Source: Azolla caroliniana (lineage: Eukaryota > Plantae > Polypodiophyta). From it: DNA of 15,166 nt. Below, in pieces: positions 1 through 11,240 of this stretch. Position 1 is the first letter of the stretch. The number at the start of each line of letters is the position of its first letter. Position numbers and translations under genes: made by a program. Where the stretch lies: the NCBI GenBank assembly GCA_043228905.1, contig JBHGNT010000814.1:1-15166 (forward strand). The letters run 5' to 3'. The notes beneath the pieces are model-generated. The model was not told the origin of the DNA. It did no database searches and saw nothing but the letters and a program-made list of their open reading frames with translations.

Positions 1-22
1 AAGCCCTAATTTGAAAGAGAGA

Positions 23-1322
23 ATGGTTGCTGAGAATGGAAGCAAAATAATCACAGAAAAGTTGGACAAAAACAATTTCCCTGCGTGGAAATTTAGAATG
101 ACAAATTTCCTGATGGGAAAAGGATACTGGGATTACATTGAAGGAGACCTAGAAGAGGCTCCAAAGTTCCCTGAAGAAAATGCAACTGCTGCACAGATTA
201 AAGCATTTAAGGAATGGAATCAAGGGGCAAGGAAAGTATTGCATTGACTCTTGCTTAACATCTCAGATTCAATGCTTGGACACACACAAGATGCTATGCT
301 TCCAAAAGAAGCTTGGGACGGTTTGGTAAAATTGTTTGCAGTGAACACAAAGGCTAGAAAGCTTCAATTGAAGATTGAGCTAAATACCTTGGAAAAAGGT
401 AAGATGTCAGTTAATGAGTATGCTTTGAAAATAAAGAGCATATGTGAATCACTTGCTTCTATTAATGTGAAGGTAGAAGATGATGATAAGGTGGAAATAT
501 GCTTAAGAGGCTTAGGACATCAATATAAAAGCTTCAAAACATCTATTCTCACAAGGGTTAGCATCCTAAGTTTTCCAGCTCTAGTTTCAATGCTTGTAGT
601 GGAAGAAAGAAATCAGATGGATGATGTAAACAAAGGAAACTCTGAGACTGAGGGGCAAGCCCTCTACAATAGAGCTGGAAGAGGCCGAGGAAGAGGCCAT
701 GAAAGATTTGGTTTAGCTAGAACCAACATCAATTTGAGGACAACAAGCTACAAGTGGAAGAAACAACATCAGAGGCAGGGGGAGCAATCGAGGTAGAGGT
801 AAGAAAACCTATTTGAATGATGATGGCTGTTGGTATTGTGGAAAACCTGATCATACACAGGCTGAATGCTATAAAAAGCAAAATGATGAAAAAAGAGGGA
901 AGAGATAGCAAAATAATTATGCTTCAACTAGTGAATATTGTGATAAAGATGGTGCATTTGTGATGCAACATGAAACAACAGCAATGGCTGAATGTTCACA
1001 AAGATGCAATGAAGATTATATATGGTATGTAGATTCTGGGGCATCTAATCATATGACAAAACATGCAAACTAGTTTGAAAGTTTAAGAGAACCAGAGATT
1101 CCTTGTTATGTACAGACAGGTGATAACACCACTCATACAATCGAGCATGTTGGAGATATCCCATTGTGGGAAGAAAAAGGAAAAACGAAGTATATGCTGA
1201 ATGTTATGCATGTGCCAAACCCAGATAGTAAAGCAAGGAATGCAAATTAAGTTTAAGCAAAGTGGGTGCTTTATAGAGAACCATGGAAAGCTTATTGCAA
1301 AAAGAAAACGCCAAGGAAGAAT
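23..1322 (+). pseudogene. gag: Copia gag + aspartic protease (disrupted)
   Basis: Gag N-terminus KLDKNNFPAWKFRM...KGYWDYIEG; in-frame TGA at 245-247; RG-rich tract; CCHC knuckle CWYCGKPDHTQAEC at 828-869; protease WYVDSGASNHM at 1023-1055. Confidence 0.9.
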
Positions 1323-1799
1323 TGTCACGGACACACCAAGTGCGGACTAAGACGGAGCACGGATGATGAGGCTACGACGGAGCGATGACATAATGACACA
1401 GGAGCATAAAGATAGAGATGAAGATTAAGGAGAGAAGATGGGCGAAACGAGAATACTAGATTGATATGTCCATGATTGGCGTTGAATCCCCTGAAAGGGA
1501 CCAAGGATGTTACAAGTATTTTATACATGTTCCAAGATTGAATATCTCTACAATATACTCGAGAAATATCTCTAGAATATAGTCGTCTAGAATATGCCAT
1601 ACAATATTTCTAGAATATACTAACGACTAGAGTATTATCAATCAATTCTGAAATGTATTATATGCTAGACTATAGAATACTAAACCATTATATACAAATG
1701 CATGCTCATATCAAAATGGTTGAGCATGACATCTTCTTGATGTGAGGTTGTAGGTTCAATACTCACCAACTATGTATTTCATGTCACTGTGTCATGACA
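1323..1799 (-). repeat. LTR (477 bp) of the deleted element
   Basis: Minus strand reads TGTCATGACAC...CCGTGACA; preceded directly by a polypurine tract; TATAAAA on minus at 1519-1525. Confidence 0.8.
1702..1770 (+). other. Degenerate tRNA-like / Pol III A-B box module inside the LTR
   Basis: A-box-like TATCAAAATGG at 1709-1719; B-box-like GGTTCAATACT at 1753-1763 (44-nt start-to-start spacing); ACATC/GATGT anticodon-type stem; GAGGT variable-loop motif. Confidence 0.55.
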
Positions 1800-1813
1800 T
1801 TATCCTCCCCTTT
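1800..1813 (-). promoter_or_regulatory. Polypurine tract (PPT)
   Basis: Minus strand AAAGGGGAGGATAA abutting the LTR start TGTCATG. Confidence 0.75.
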
Positions 1814-1881
1814 ACGGTTGCTTTTCCGAAATCGTGGTGTAGGGGTGAGCAGGAAGTGGAGCATGTCATTGTGTCATGACA

Positions 1882-3755
1882 TTAATGTTTGTGCTAGATG
1901 TGGATATGCCTAAAAAGATTACAACCATGTTTGCAGAAGGAATGAGTGTAATCTCAGATGTGGAAATGTGGCGTAAAAGAATCGGTCACATAAGTATGCA
2001 AACCTTGAAAAATATGTTGAGGAAAAATGCAGTGGTTGGATTGCCTAAGTTGAAAGATTGTGAGATGAGCAAAATATGTGAAGCATGCCAATATGGAAAG
2101 CAAAACAGGTTGCCTTTCCTTGATAAAAGACATGCAACCAAAAATTTGTTGGATTTGGTATATACAAATGTATGGGGACCAACAAAAAATGCATCAATTA
2201 GTGGTTGCAGGTTCCATGTAACTTTTATTGATGATTGCTCAAGGAAAACATGGGTTTACTTCATGAAAGAGAAAAGTGAAGTATTTGATTGCTTTCGTAA
2301 GTTCAAATGCATGGTAGAAAAGCAAGTTGGAACTAGAATAAAATGTTTAAGATTTGATGGAGGAGGAAAATACTTCTCAAATGAGTTTTCTGATTTTCTA
2401 TGCAATCAAGGAATAAGGAGACAATTTACATGTAGATATACCCCACAACAAAATGGAGTTGCTGAGAGAAAAAACAGAACTCTGGTGAACATAGCAAGAG
2501 CCATGATGATTGAAAAAAATATGCCATTGTATTACTGGGTAGAAGTTGTAAACACAACAAACTTTATTCTAAATAGATGTATAACATCTGGAGTACATGA
2601 AGTAACTCCTGAAGAATGTTTATATGGAAGGAAACCTAGTTTAGGACACTTACAAGTGTTTGGATGCAAGGCAGGTACCTACTTAAGTGAGAAGTAAGCT
2701 TGATCCAAAAGCTGAAAAATGTATTTTTGTTGGATATTTAGAGGAACAAAAAGGGTATAGATGCTATAACCCTTTGACAGAGAAGATTGTGGTAAGTCGG
2801 GATGTAATATTTGATGAGTTGGGCAGCTGGTACAACCCAAAACAAAATGTAGAAACTGATGAAGACAAGGATAAATCTGAAAATGTAAGAGATAACCACA
2901 GAGATGGAAACAATGTTGGACAACAAAGTTCAACATCAATAGAATGTACAGGACCATTAAAAAACTTTGGTAGTAAATTTGATTCAAATGCATGGAGTAG
3001 AAAACATTCAGGACATAAAAAATATGATGATAAAAAGGGAAAACAGAAAATGCCAGAATATGAAATGCTTGATGATGGGTCTAGAAACATGGAAGATGTA
3101 GATTCAGATACATCATTGGATAATGAGCTTGGTATAGGAGCCTTGAAAATCCTTGGTATGGAAAAGGCAATGAAAGATGCAAGTCAAAAATTGAGAAGAT
3201 CATATAGAGAGAAAAAAACAGTTGAAAGATTTGGTTATGATACATACATGGCTATGCATTATGCATATATGTCTAAAGTGGTACAAATCCTTGATCCAAA
3301 TAATTTTGATGAAGCAAAATCTGATAAGAAATGGGTGAATGCAATGCAAGAAGAAATAGATGCATTGGCTGAAAACAAAACATGGGATTTAGTGAAGTTA
3401 CAAAAAGGAAAAAATTGTTGTAGGTTGCAAATGGGTCTACAAAACAAAGCATGATTCAAATGGGAATGTAAGTAGACATAAAGAAAGACTTGTGGCAAAG
3501 GGATATGCTTGAATTGATTATGATGAAACTTTTGCACCGGTTGCAAAGATGGCAACATTGAGGACACTACTTGTTGTGAGTGCAGCCAAAAGATGATTTC
3601 TGCACCATATAGATGTAAAAAATGCTTTTTTACATGGAAACTTGGAAGAAGAAGTGTATATGTGTCAACCACTAGGTTTTGAAGATAAGAAGCATCCAGA
3701 ATATGTTTGTAAGCTGAAAAAGGCCCTCAATGGACTGAAACAAGCACCGAGAGCA
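1882..3755 (+). pseudogene. pol: Copia pol: GAG-pre-integrase, integrase and N-terminal reverse transcriptase (disrupted)
   Basis: WRKRIGH...CEACQYGK; VTFIDDCSRKTWVYF; TPQQNGVAERKNRT; RSKLDPKAEKCIFVGY; RT segments [35 protein letters not shown]; frameshifts near 2670 and 3420. Confidence 0.92.
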
Positions 3756-4192
3756 TGTGTTACCGGCCGGCAAAGGAGTCCAGAGTGTGAAACGGGGAGT
3801 TATTTAATTATTAGGAATGGTTGTAAGTAAGCTATGAGTGTGGACGGACGGACCGGAATCGGTATGCCGTTCTGGATCCGGACCGATCCCGAACAGGTGC
3901 GGATGGCACCGTTTTGTACTACATACCGGAAACCTATTTAAAGGCCCGGATACAATGTAATGAGCATCGGTTAATTAATAAAGCTTAGTGTTTTTATCTC
4001 TCTGTGTTAATTGCCGTTCTGCATTCATTGTTATATCTTACGTGTGTGATTATTAAGGACGATCTTACTAAGTAGCCTAATTAAGTCAGATTAATCGTTG
4101 ATTTTAATCCTCTTGCCGTAACACCCCTTTGGTGAAGTATCTTCCGTAGACACCCTGTGTTAGGCCATTGTCCGGCCCTAAGAATTAACACA
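3756..4192 (+). repeat. 5' LTR of gypsy A (437 bp; ends could be 2 bp shorter on each side)
   Basis: Perfect 7-bp inverted termini TGTGTTA...TAACACA; TATTTAAA at 3935-3942; AATAAA at 3977-3982; followed by a PBS. Confidence 0.8.
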
Positions 4193-4197
4193 GTTTT

Positions 4198-4207
4198 TGG
4201 CGACCAC
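4198..4207 (+). promoter_or_regulatory. Primer binding site, probably tRNA-Arg
   Basis: TGGCGACCAC 5 nt after the LTR; complementary to the 3' end (GTGGTCG-CCA) of plant tRNA-Arg(UCG) as I recall it. Confidence 0.65.
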
Positions 4208-4659
4208 GATTCTTGTTTTTACAGCGAACGACGACACGGATGGATGACTAGATCAACGCACGACCTGGTTACAGATCGAACTCGACGCCTTGCCGAAAGG
4301 CAAAGGAGACATGAGGCTTTCCAGCAAGCGGCGTAGGAAATTAGAGCGGATCGCTCGTTTTCCAACGTAATCCGGAGAGTAGCGGAGGACTCCCTCTGGT
4401 TATAGCAAACATCGCACCCGGATGACGACAACAGCCTAAGCAGCCTTCGGGAAACCGAATCCCTTCTCCAGGCGTTGGCAAACGGAGAAGGCGAAGCAGA
4501 AGCCTTTTCAGCGTATGAATCGGATTCTGAAGGGGAATACAACGTGCTCACGAACTACCGTAGCAACAATGAAACCCCGGGCGGACCGGAGGACGAAGGA
4601 TCAGACACCTTACCGACACCGGAACCGGAAGTGCTAAGGTTGGAACCTCCGGAACCAGC

Positions 4660-4800
4660 AGAGGAAGAGCGACCTCCGACATCGGAAGTCGAAGAGGAGA
4701 GGCCTCCATCACCAAAAGAAGAGGAAAGACCACCGATGCCGGAAACAAATCAGGAAAGACCACCGACGCCGGAGAAAAACCAGGAACGACCACCAACACT
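4660..4800 (+). repeat. Coding tandem repeat of about 27-30 bp (E-E/Q-E-R-P-P-T/S/M), 5 units
   Basis: EEERPPTS, EEERPPSP, EEERPPMP, NQERPPTP, NQERPPTL in the gag frame. Confidence 0.8.
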
Positions 4801-5623
4801 GCCAGCCCGCGCATCAATACCGGATGACGACATGCCGTTCCAGTACTCCAAGTATAGAGATGATCCGGACGCGGAAGCTCATGTTCACGCCTTTGAACAG
4901 ACATGGGAAGCAAACCATGTGTCCTAGCGATTGACCCCGGAGGAAGAGGAACGCTCTAAGATAGCGGAATTTGGCGTCACATTGGAAGGACCGGCAGCGA
5001 GATGGCGCCGGACGTAGGACCCGTCTACCATCACCACCTTCGCAGATTTAAAAGCTAAATTCTTGCATTTTTTCCAAAAGGAGGTGGACCAGACAGTAAT
5101 GGTGGGCTTGTTTTATACCATTTGACAGGAGGCAGGGGAGAGCATTCCCCAGTTTGTCATCCGGTTTCAACGGATGCATAGTCAACTTGCCCGCACACCC
5201 CCGGAGGAGGAATTACAGACTATATTTCTGAATGCGCTCCGGGAACCCCTACGCACGGTGTGCACAGTAATTGACTTCCGCGCAAGTACCATTGACCAGG
5301 TCATTGACCGAGTGAGAGAGATGGAAAAGACAAGCTCCTGGCTCACACTAGGAGCACTCCAACGGGCGTTACCGTCCGATGAAGACCTCCGGTTTCGGCA
5401 AGCAATACAGTGCACAACCTGCTTGAATTCCGGACACTCGGCACTAGAATGCACTATGAGGACGCAATGTGTAATCTGTCAATCCAAGGGCCATACGACG
5501 GATAGGTGCGAGTATAATCTATTGAACCAGCAAGCACTGCCCGTCCGACAAATAGAGCCACGCAGCAGCCGGGATGAAGAAGAGGAATGCTAGCGGCGAA
5601 TGGACCGCGACCGACCGGCACAG

Positions 5624-5680
5624 GATGTCCGGTATGGTGATCGACGGGAGAATGATGTCCGGTACGGTGATCGGCGGGAT
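5624..5680 (+). repeat. 30-bp-period coding duplication (DVRYGDRR x2) in an R/D/Y-rich linker
   Basis: gatgtccggta(t/c)ggtgatcg occurs twice. Confidence 0.75.
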
Positions 5681-7076
5681 AACTATGACCGGCATGATAG
5701 ATATAATCGGTACCAGGATTACAATAGACGATACAAACATTACGACCGGGAGCACTCCCCCGGGTATCGTCAGCAACGGGAGGAATACGGCAGATATAAC
5801 GAGCAACCTCGTCAAGAGTACCGCAATAAGAAGAACTATAACAAAAAACGGCATTTCAAAAAAGGCGGCTACCCACAGGATCCAGAACAAGGAGCTTCAA
5901 GCAGCCAACCGGCCCAAAACCCCGCGCTTACCACGAGACCTGCCTCGGATACAACAGACAATGCCGAATCCAGCAATACCCGGAAAGCCTACTGCTACTA
6001 CTGCCGACAGGAAGGCCATTATAGTAATCAATGCCCGGTGAAGAGCTATGACAAACGACTGGTAGTAAATATGGTAGTCCCTGAAGTGGCAGATTTGCAG
6101 CAGGTGACCACAAGGTCGAAGGGCATGGCCAAGGAATGGGAGACGCAGGAGACCATCCGGAAGCAAGCGACGGAATGGGTGAAGAAAAGAGCAAAATGTC
6201 ATAGACTTACAACGGCAAAAGGAGAACACCGTAGGGCTTGCCGGCGGCAGTCACTCCGAGAACGAGACATGGTAGGCGGTGCAAGAATGCCAGATTACGC
6301 TGCCACTAGGAAGACTCCTACAGCTCGTGCCAAGATTCACGGAAGGATTGAAGATAGCCATGACGGAAGGAGAATCATCACCGGCACCGGTACTCTTCTC
6401 GAATTCGGAGGAGGGACCAATGGTGGTGGACACCAGCAGTCCGGTAATTACTGCCATTATAAAAGGGAAAGAACTCCCCGGCACAGTAATAGACGGAGGC
6501 TCCGGGGTGAATGTAATAAGCCTCCGGACGTGTGATGACCTAGGAATCCATGAGTGGGAGCCGTGTCCGTTCTGGTTACGGATGGCCGATACAAGCTCAA
6601 TGCGGCCAACAGGATTAATACGAAAATTAGAAGTCACTGTTGGCGGTCACACATTTCACATCTCGGCAGTAGTGCTACAATTACATGCACAAGGCGCATA
6701 CCCGCTATTGCTGGGGCGGCCGTGGTTGAAAACGACACATATCAAGCAGAATTGGAGGAAAAATATAATTACCTTCCGGCGAGGAAAAGCCAAGGTACGG
6801 GTACCAACATAGCCAAGGACGAGCACTGGCAAGGAATGTACACCGTTGTATGCAGAGCGCGTCAACATGCTAGAAGGGTTAGCTGACGAAGAAGAAGCTC
6901 AGTATTTGCAGGAAAACCCGAAGATCGTACCCCTCTTCGAAATTGACATTGCCGAAGCAGTAGCACCATACGTACCGCAACCGGAAGAGACTGAAGCAGA
7001 ACCGGATAAAGACGCAATCCGAGAGTTACGGCAAGCGCAGGAAGCGTTGGAACGGGAAATGGCCATTTCACAGCGC

Positions 7077-7868
7077 TGTCGTGCCTTTCGGCTCCGGATC
7101 GTTGCGTGAGTCGGGTGGGAACCGCCGAGGTTTTGGACTAGGAGAAAGAAGAATATGAGATGAGGCTAGTAATGAATAGATTATTAGAAAGAGAGATAGA
7201 AATTTCGTGAATCCCACGAGTGTATTGTATTCGATTAATCAATATTTAGATAAGAATATGTATTTAGATTGAAAGAAAGATATAAGAAACTTGTGAATCC
7301 CACAAGTATAGATTATATTATTTTCGTGAATCCCACGATTATATTAATCGGTTGGTGTTTTCGGAAATATATCCAATTTCCAAATATTTCACACACCTAT
7401 TACATTGTGCTCCCCATCCTTATGTAGTGATGGGAGAGACTAAGCATAGCTACATGCTTTTTTTTTTCTAATATGTTCATGCACACTAAATGTGCATGTG
7501 ATGCTTTCTTAATCCTTGCTTTTATTTGCTAAATATAGTGCTCATGCACGCTAGATGTGCATGAGTCACTTTTTAGTTGCTTGCGTTTTTCTATAAAATA
7601 TTCACGCACTCTAAAAATGCATGATTTACCTTTTAATAAAGGTAGGCGCAAATAAAGAACTTATAGTTATTAAATCTATTTGTAGAACACTAAAGATAAG
7701 GTAGCATAATGGTAAAATTGAGGTTTGGCTATGTGGAGGTATAGGGTTCGAATCTTGCCCTATGCACGTGATAAATATTTTGATATTCTTATTTTATTTA
7801 TTTATATGTAATTAAATCGTTTATATTATTTTTACTTTTTCACGTAGTGTACGAAATACACTACGACA
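7077..7868 (-). mobile_element. Solo LTR (792 bp) of a family related to gypsy B, inserted antisense between PR and RT
   Basis: TGTCGT...ACGACA termini; GCGC duplicated at 7073-7076 and 7869-7872; excision restores the frame ISQRVKASQLEEVNLG; the reverse complement of about 7118-7143 matches the U5 of LTR B (about 12772-12796) by transitions only. Confidence 0.88.
7695..7765 (+). other. tRNA-like / Pol III A-B box module inside the solo LTR
   Basis: A box TAGCATAATGG at 7702-7712; B box GGTTCGAATCT at 7745-7755; 43-nt spacing; GGAGGT before the T arm; T4 run at 7778-7781. Confidence 0.7.
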
Positions 7869-7872
7869 GCGC

Positions 7873-10794
7873 GTAAAAGCGTCGCAACTTGAAGAGGTGA
7901 ACCTAGGGATCACGGACGAAGCAAAACCGGTGCACATCGCCAAGGAGATGAAGTTCGAAGACAAAATGGCGATGATCACACTTCTCACGGAATTTCGCGA
8001 CGTGTTCGCCTGGTCATATGAAGACATGCGAGGACTCGACCCTCAGTTATACCAGCATCAGATTCACTTGAGCAAGGACGCAAAACCAGTGGCACAGAGA
8101 CGGTACCAGATGAATCCCAATTATGCCGCCAAAGTCAAGGAGGAAATCGACAAACTGCTAAGAGTGGGCTTTATCCGTCCGGTAAAGAAAGCGACATGGC
8201 TGAGCCTGATCGTAGTCGTACCGAAGAAGAATGGAAAAATTCGAGTTTGTGTGGACTACCGGAAACTCAATGCGGCTACGGTAACAGATGCGTTTCCACT
8301 TCCGTTCACAGATGGAGTGTTGGATGCCGTCGCTGGCCATGAGGTCTATAGTTTTCTAGACGGATTCAGCGGGTATAATCAGATCCGGATGCATCCCGAC
8401 GACCAAGAGAAAACGGCTTTCATCACCGAATGGGGGGTGTTTGTGGCCGTGGTGATGATGTTCGGACTCAAAACGGCACCGGCAACATTTCAACGAATCA
8501 TCATGGAAATCTTTGGTGAATATATCCCAACTTTTATGTAGGTTTTCCTTGACGATTTCGCCGTCTATAGCCAGGAGGAGGACCATTTTCAGCACCTCCG
8601 TCTTTGTCTAGAAAAGTGTAGAGCATACCGGCTAAGCTTGAATCCGGCAAAGTGTGTATTTGGCATGTCCAGTGGAACCTTATTAGGACATATTGTGAGC
8701 CAGGAAGGTATTGCAGTCGACCCAGACAAAGTGAAAGCCATATTAGAAGCACCGGCGCCGGCAACGGCAAAGGCATTGAGCCGGTTCTTAGGACAGATCC
8801 AGTGGCACAGCTAGATGCTCCGATACTTGGCCGACCTGGCTACATCGTTGCATGCCGCCGTACATCGGACACCATTCCAGTTGACCGACACTGAGGATAG
8901 GGCGTATAGGGCCCTCAAGGTACTATTGTCGCAAGCACCGGTAGTGCATCCCCCGGATTGGAGTAAAGAATTTCATGTGTTCGTGGACGCCTCTGACATC
9001 GCAATCGGAAGCGTACTGATGTAGCTTACGGAGCCAAAGTGGTACTGGCCAGTGTACTATGCCAGCTGAAAGCTATCCCAAGCGGAACGGAACTACTCTA
9101 CCACGGAACGGGAAGCTCTAGGGATGATTTACATCATGACAAAGTTTCGGCATTATTTATTGGGAAGGAAGTTTTCCTTCCATGTAGATCATTCGACACT
9201 CCTCTACCTGGTGTCCAAGGCGTCACTCACCGGTAAGTTGGCTCGGTGGACCTTACTGTTACAGGAATTCGAGTTCGAAATATTCCACCGACCCGGTATA
9301 CAGCACGCCGTAGCGGATTATTTAAGCCGATTAGAGTCCGGAGAGACGGGTTACGGAGTAGCGGACGAGTTTCCGGATGCAGAGCTGTTTCGAGTCACTA
9401 CGGAAACCGCAGCAGATGAATCGGTGGCACAGGAAGACAAGTGGTTCACAAACATGCACCAGTTTCTGAGCACAGGACTGCCTCCGGAGGAGATGAACCG
9501 GGACGAAAGGAAACACCTGGCTGTGCAAAGCCGACATTTCTGCTTACTGCGAGATACACTTTACCACAAGGGTGCGGACGGCATATGGAGACGGGCGGTG
9601 CGCAGCGATGAAAAGGACCTCATACTGAGGGAAGCCCACTTCGGAGTTGCCAGAGGTCACTATGCCGGAGATGCGACGACCAGGAAAATATGGCAAAGTG
9701 GCCTATGGTGGCCAACTACATTAAGAGATGCTGTACGGTATGCAAAAGAATGTGACCTATGCCAGCGAATGGGTCAGCCAACGGAGCAGGCTCGGATGCC
9801 ACACCAACCTGTACTACCACTCGAACCATTCCAGAAGTGGGGGCTGGACTTTGTTGGACCGTTCAAACCACTGGCAATGAGAACAGGTAATCGGTACGTC
9901 ATCGTGGCGACGGATTACTGCACGAAATGGGTGGAGGCCAAAGCCTTAAGAGACAACACCGCTGCGTCAACGACAAAATTTCTATACGAATACATCTGGT
10001 GCCGTTACGGATGCCCAATCGAATTAATAAGCGACCAAGGGGGGCACTTTCTCGGCCAAGTAGTTGAAAGCCTGACGACATTCTATGCCGTTGTCCATAA
10101 ACGGAGCACACCATACTATCCGCAAGCAAATGGGTTAGCTGAATCGACGAACAAAACGCTCCAGAATATCCTCCGGAAGATCGTCAACGAAAACCGAACG
10201 GATTGGGATACCAAGCTACATAGCGCACTTTGGGCATACCGGACGTCATATAAAACGAGCATCCGAACAACACCGTTCCGGTTAGCGTTCGGACTAGAGG
10301 CGGTAATGCCGGTGGAATTCCAAGTACCCAACATACGGATCCAGCTACGGGAATGGCTGAACGAGAAGGAGTCAGAGGCAATACGGTTAACAGCGCTGTG
10401 TGAACTCGAGGAACAACGATTGGCAAGCATCCTGCACTTAGAATTGGAACAACGGCGACGAAAAGCATTTGTCGACCGGCACAGGAAAGGAAATGAAAAA
10501 ATGTTCGCAATCGGCAAGCCGGTGTTAGTATTTCAGACCCGGATGGGCAGGATGCTGGGAAAACTACGGTTTAGATGGACTGACCCGTATTGGCTGACAC
10601 GTGAGTATAATGGGTCCTACCAGTTAGGGACACTTGCCGGGGAAGTGCTAGGCAAATGGGTCAACGGATTCCGATTGAAGACATATAGTGGACCGATGCC
10701 TAAGAACCCATTTGAGCAAAGGACCGACACATGTGAGGAAACGACAACCTGTGAGACGCCAACCACCAAGACGGAGGAGACGGCAAGCCGGTAA
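7873..10794 (+). pseudogene. pol: Gypsy A pol: reverse transcriptase, RNase H, integrase (single frame with premature stops)
   Basis: RVCVDYRKLN, LDGFSGYNQI, FLDD at 8545-8556; RNase H VDASD...EREAL...VADYLSR; integrase zinc-binding H-H-C-C, WGLDFVGP, ISDQG, PQANGLAE; stops at 8539, 8812, 9022 and 9068. Confidence 0.95.
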
Positions 10795-10880
10795 CAGGGG
10801 AGAATGAGGCGACGGCAAACCGTAATGAGGCCGGTAAGGGTTCGATAGGACCAACGGAAAACTAACCTCACACCACATTT

Positions 10881-10910
10881 AAAAAAAGAAAAAGAAAAAA
10901 GAAAAAAAAA
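10881..10910 (+). repeat. A-rich purine tract downstream of pol
   Basis: aaaaaaagaaaaagaaaaaagaaaaaaaaa. Confidence 0.6.
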
Positions 10911-11240
10911 GCGAGGTAATCATGCAAAAGCGAGGTATGAGAGAGAGCGAGGAGCGAAAAGGTATGTAGTGGGCATTTAAGCGCCACCACAGGACATAAT
11001 GCTATTTTAGTACACGACGTGCACACACTTGAAAAAGGCGCCAGAATGCACAGAGAAAAACCACTACACGTGGAGACCCTCTACTTTCGCGAACCCAGGA
11101 GCACAGAAGCACCAAGGCGCTGGAAGATCATCAGACGAGAACCTATGCACAGAGAACCCCCGCTTTTTGAACTCTCTCTCTCTCAATCTCACTCTCATCA
11201 CCATCCAACCTCGCCACCACAATCCGACCTCGACACATAC

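Larger units (their letters stand above)
1323..1881 (-). mobile_element. Internally deleted LTR element inserted antisense into the copia: about 20-bp 5' LTR stub, about 60-bp internal tail with PPT, and a full 3' LTR
   Basis: Termini TGTCACG...CATGACA; 23-bp direct repeat catgtca(c/t)tgtgtcatgacatta at 1780-1802 and 1862-1884; removing the insert restores the copia reading GRMFVLD. Confidence 0.8.
1..3755 (+). mobile_element. Degenerate Ty1/copia LTR retrotransposon, internal region (LTRs outside the window); interrupted at 1323-1881 and cut at 3755 by a gypsy insertion
   Basis: Domain order gag-PR-INT-RT, which is diagnostic of copia; many stops and frameshifts; RT stops abruptly at KQAPRA where the next LTR begins. 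Confidence 0.95.
4244..7076 (+). pseudogene. gag: Gypsy A gag + protease (in-frame stops; frameshift near 6190)
   Basis: ATG at 4244 is in frame with ORFs 4475, 5174 and 5600; DPDAEAHVHAF capsid-like motif; CCHC knuckles CTTCLNSGHSALEC, CVICQSKGHTTDRC and CYYCRQEGHYSNQC; protease VIDGGSGVNVI...LLLGRPWL. Confidence 0.9.

Noticed and set aside
3880-3900. B-box-like GTTCG on the minus strand of LTR A
   Set aside because: Poor consensus match and no A box at tRNA spacing
4115-4123. Alternative LTR A end GCCGTAACA
   Set aside because: No convincing PBS follows it; the end at 4192 has a perfect 7-bp inverted terminus and is adjacent to TGGCGACCAC
5574-6041. 155-aa alternative-frame ORF overlapping gag
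   Set aside because: Out-of-frame reading of the low-complexity linker; the knuckle-containing frame is the 5600 frame
7205-7338. CRISPR-like spaced palindromic repeats
   Set aside because: Only three 15-nt copies with irregular spacing, inside a eukaryotic LTR, and no cas genes
11019-11240. N-terminal 74 codons of the 246-aa ORF
   Set aside because: GTG start and CT-repeat-derived residues; more likely untranslated leader before ATG 11241
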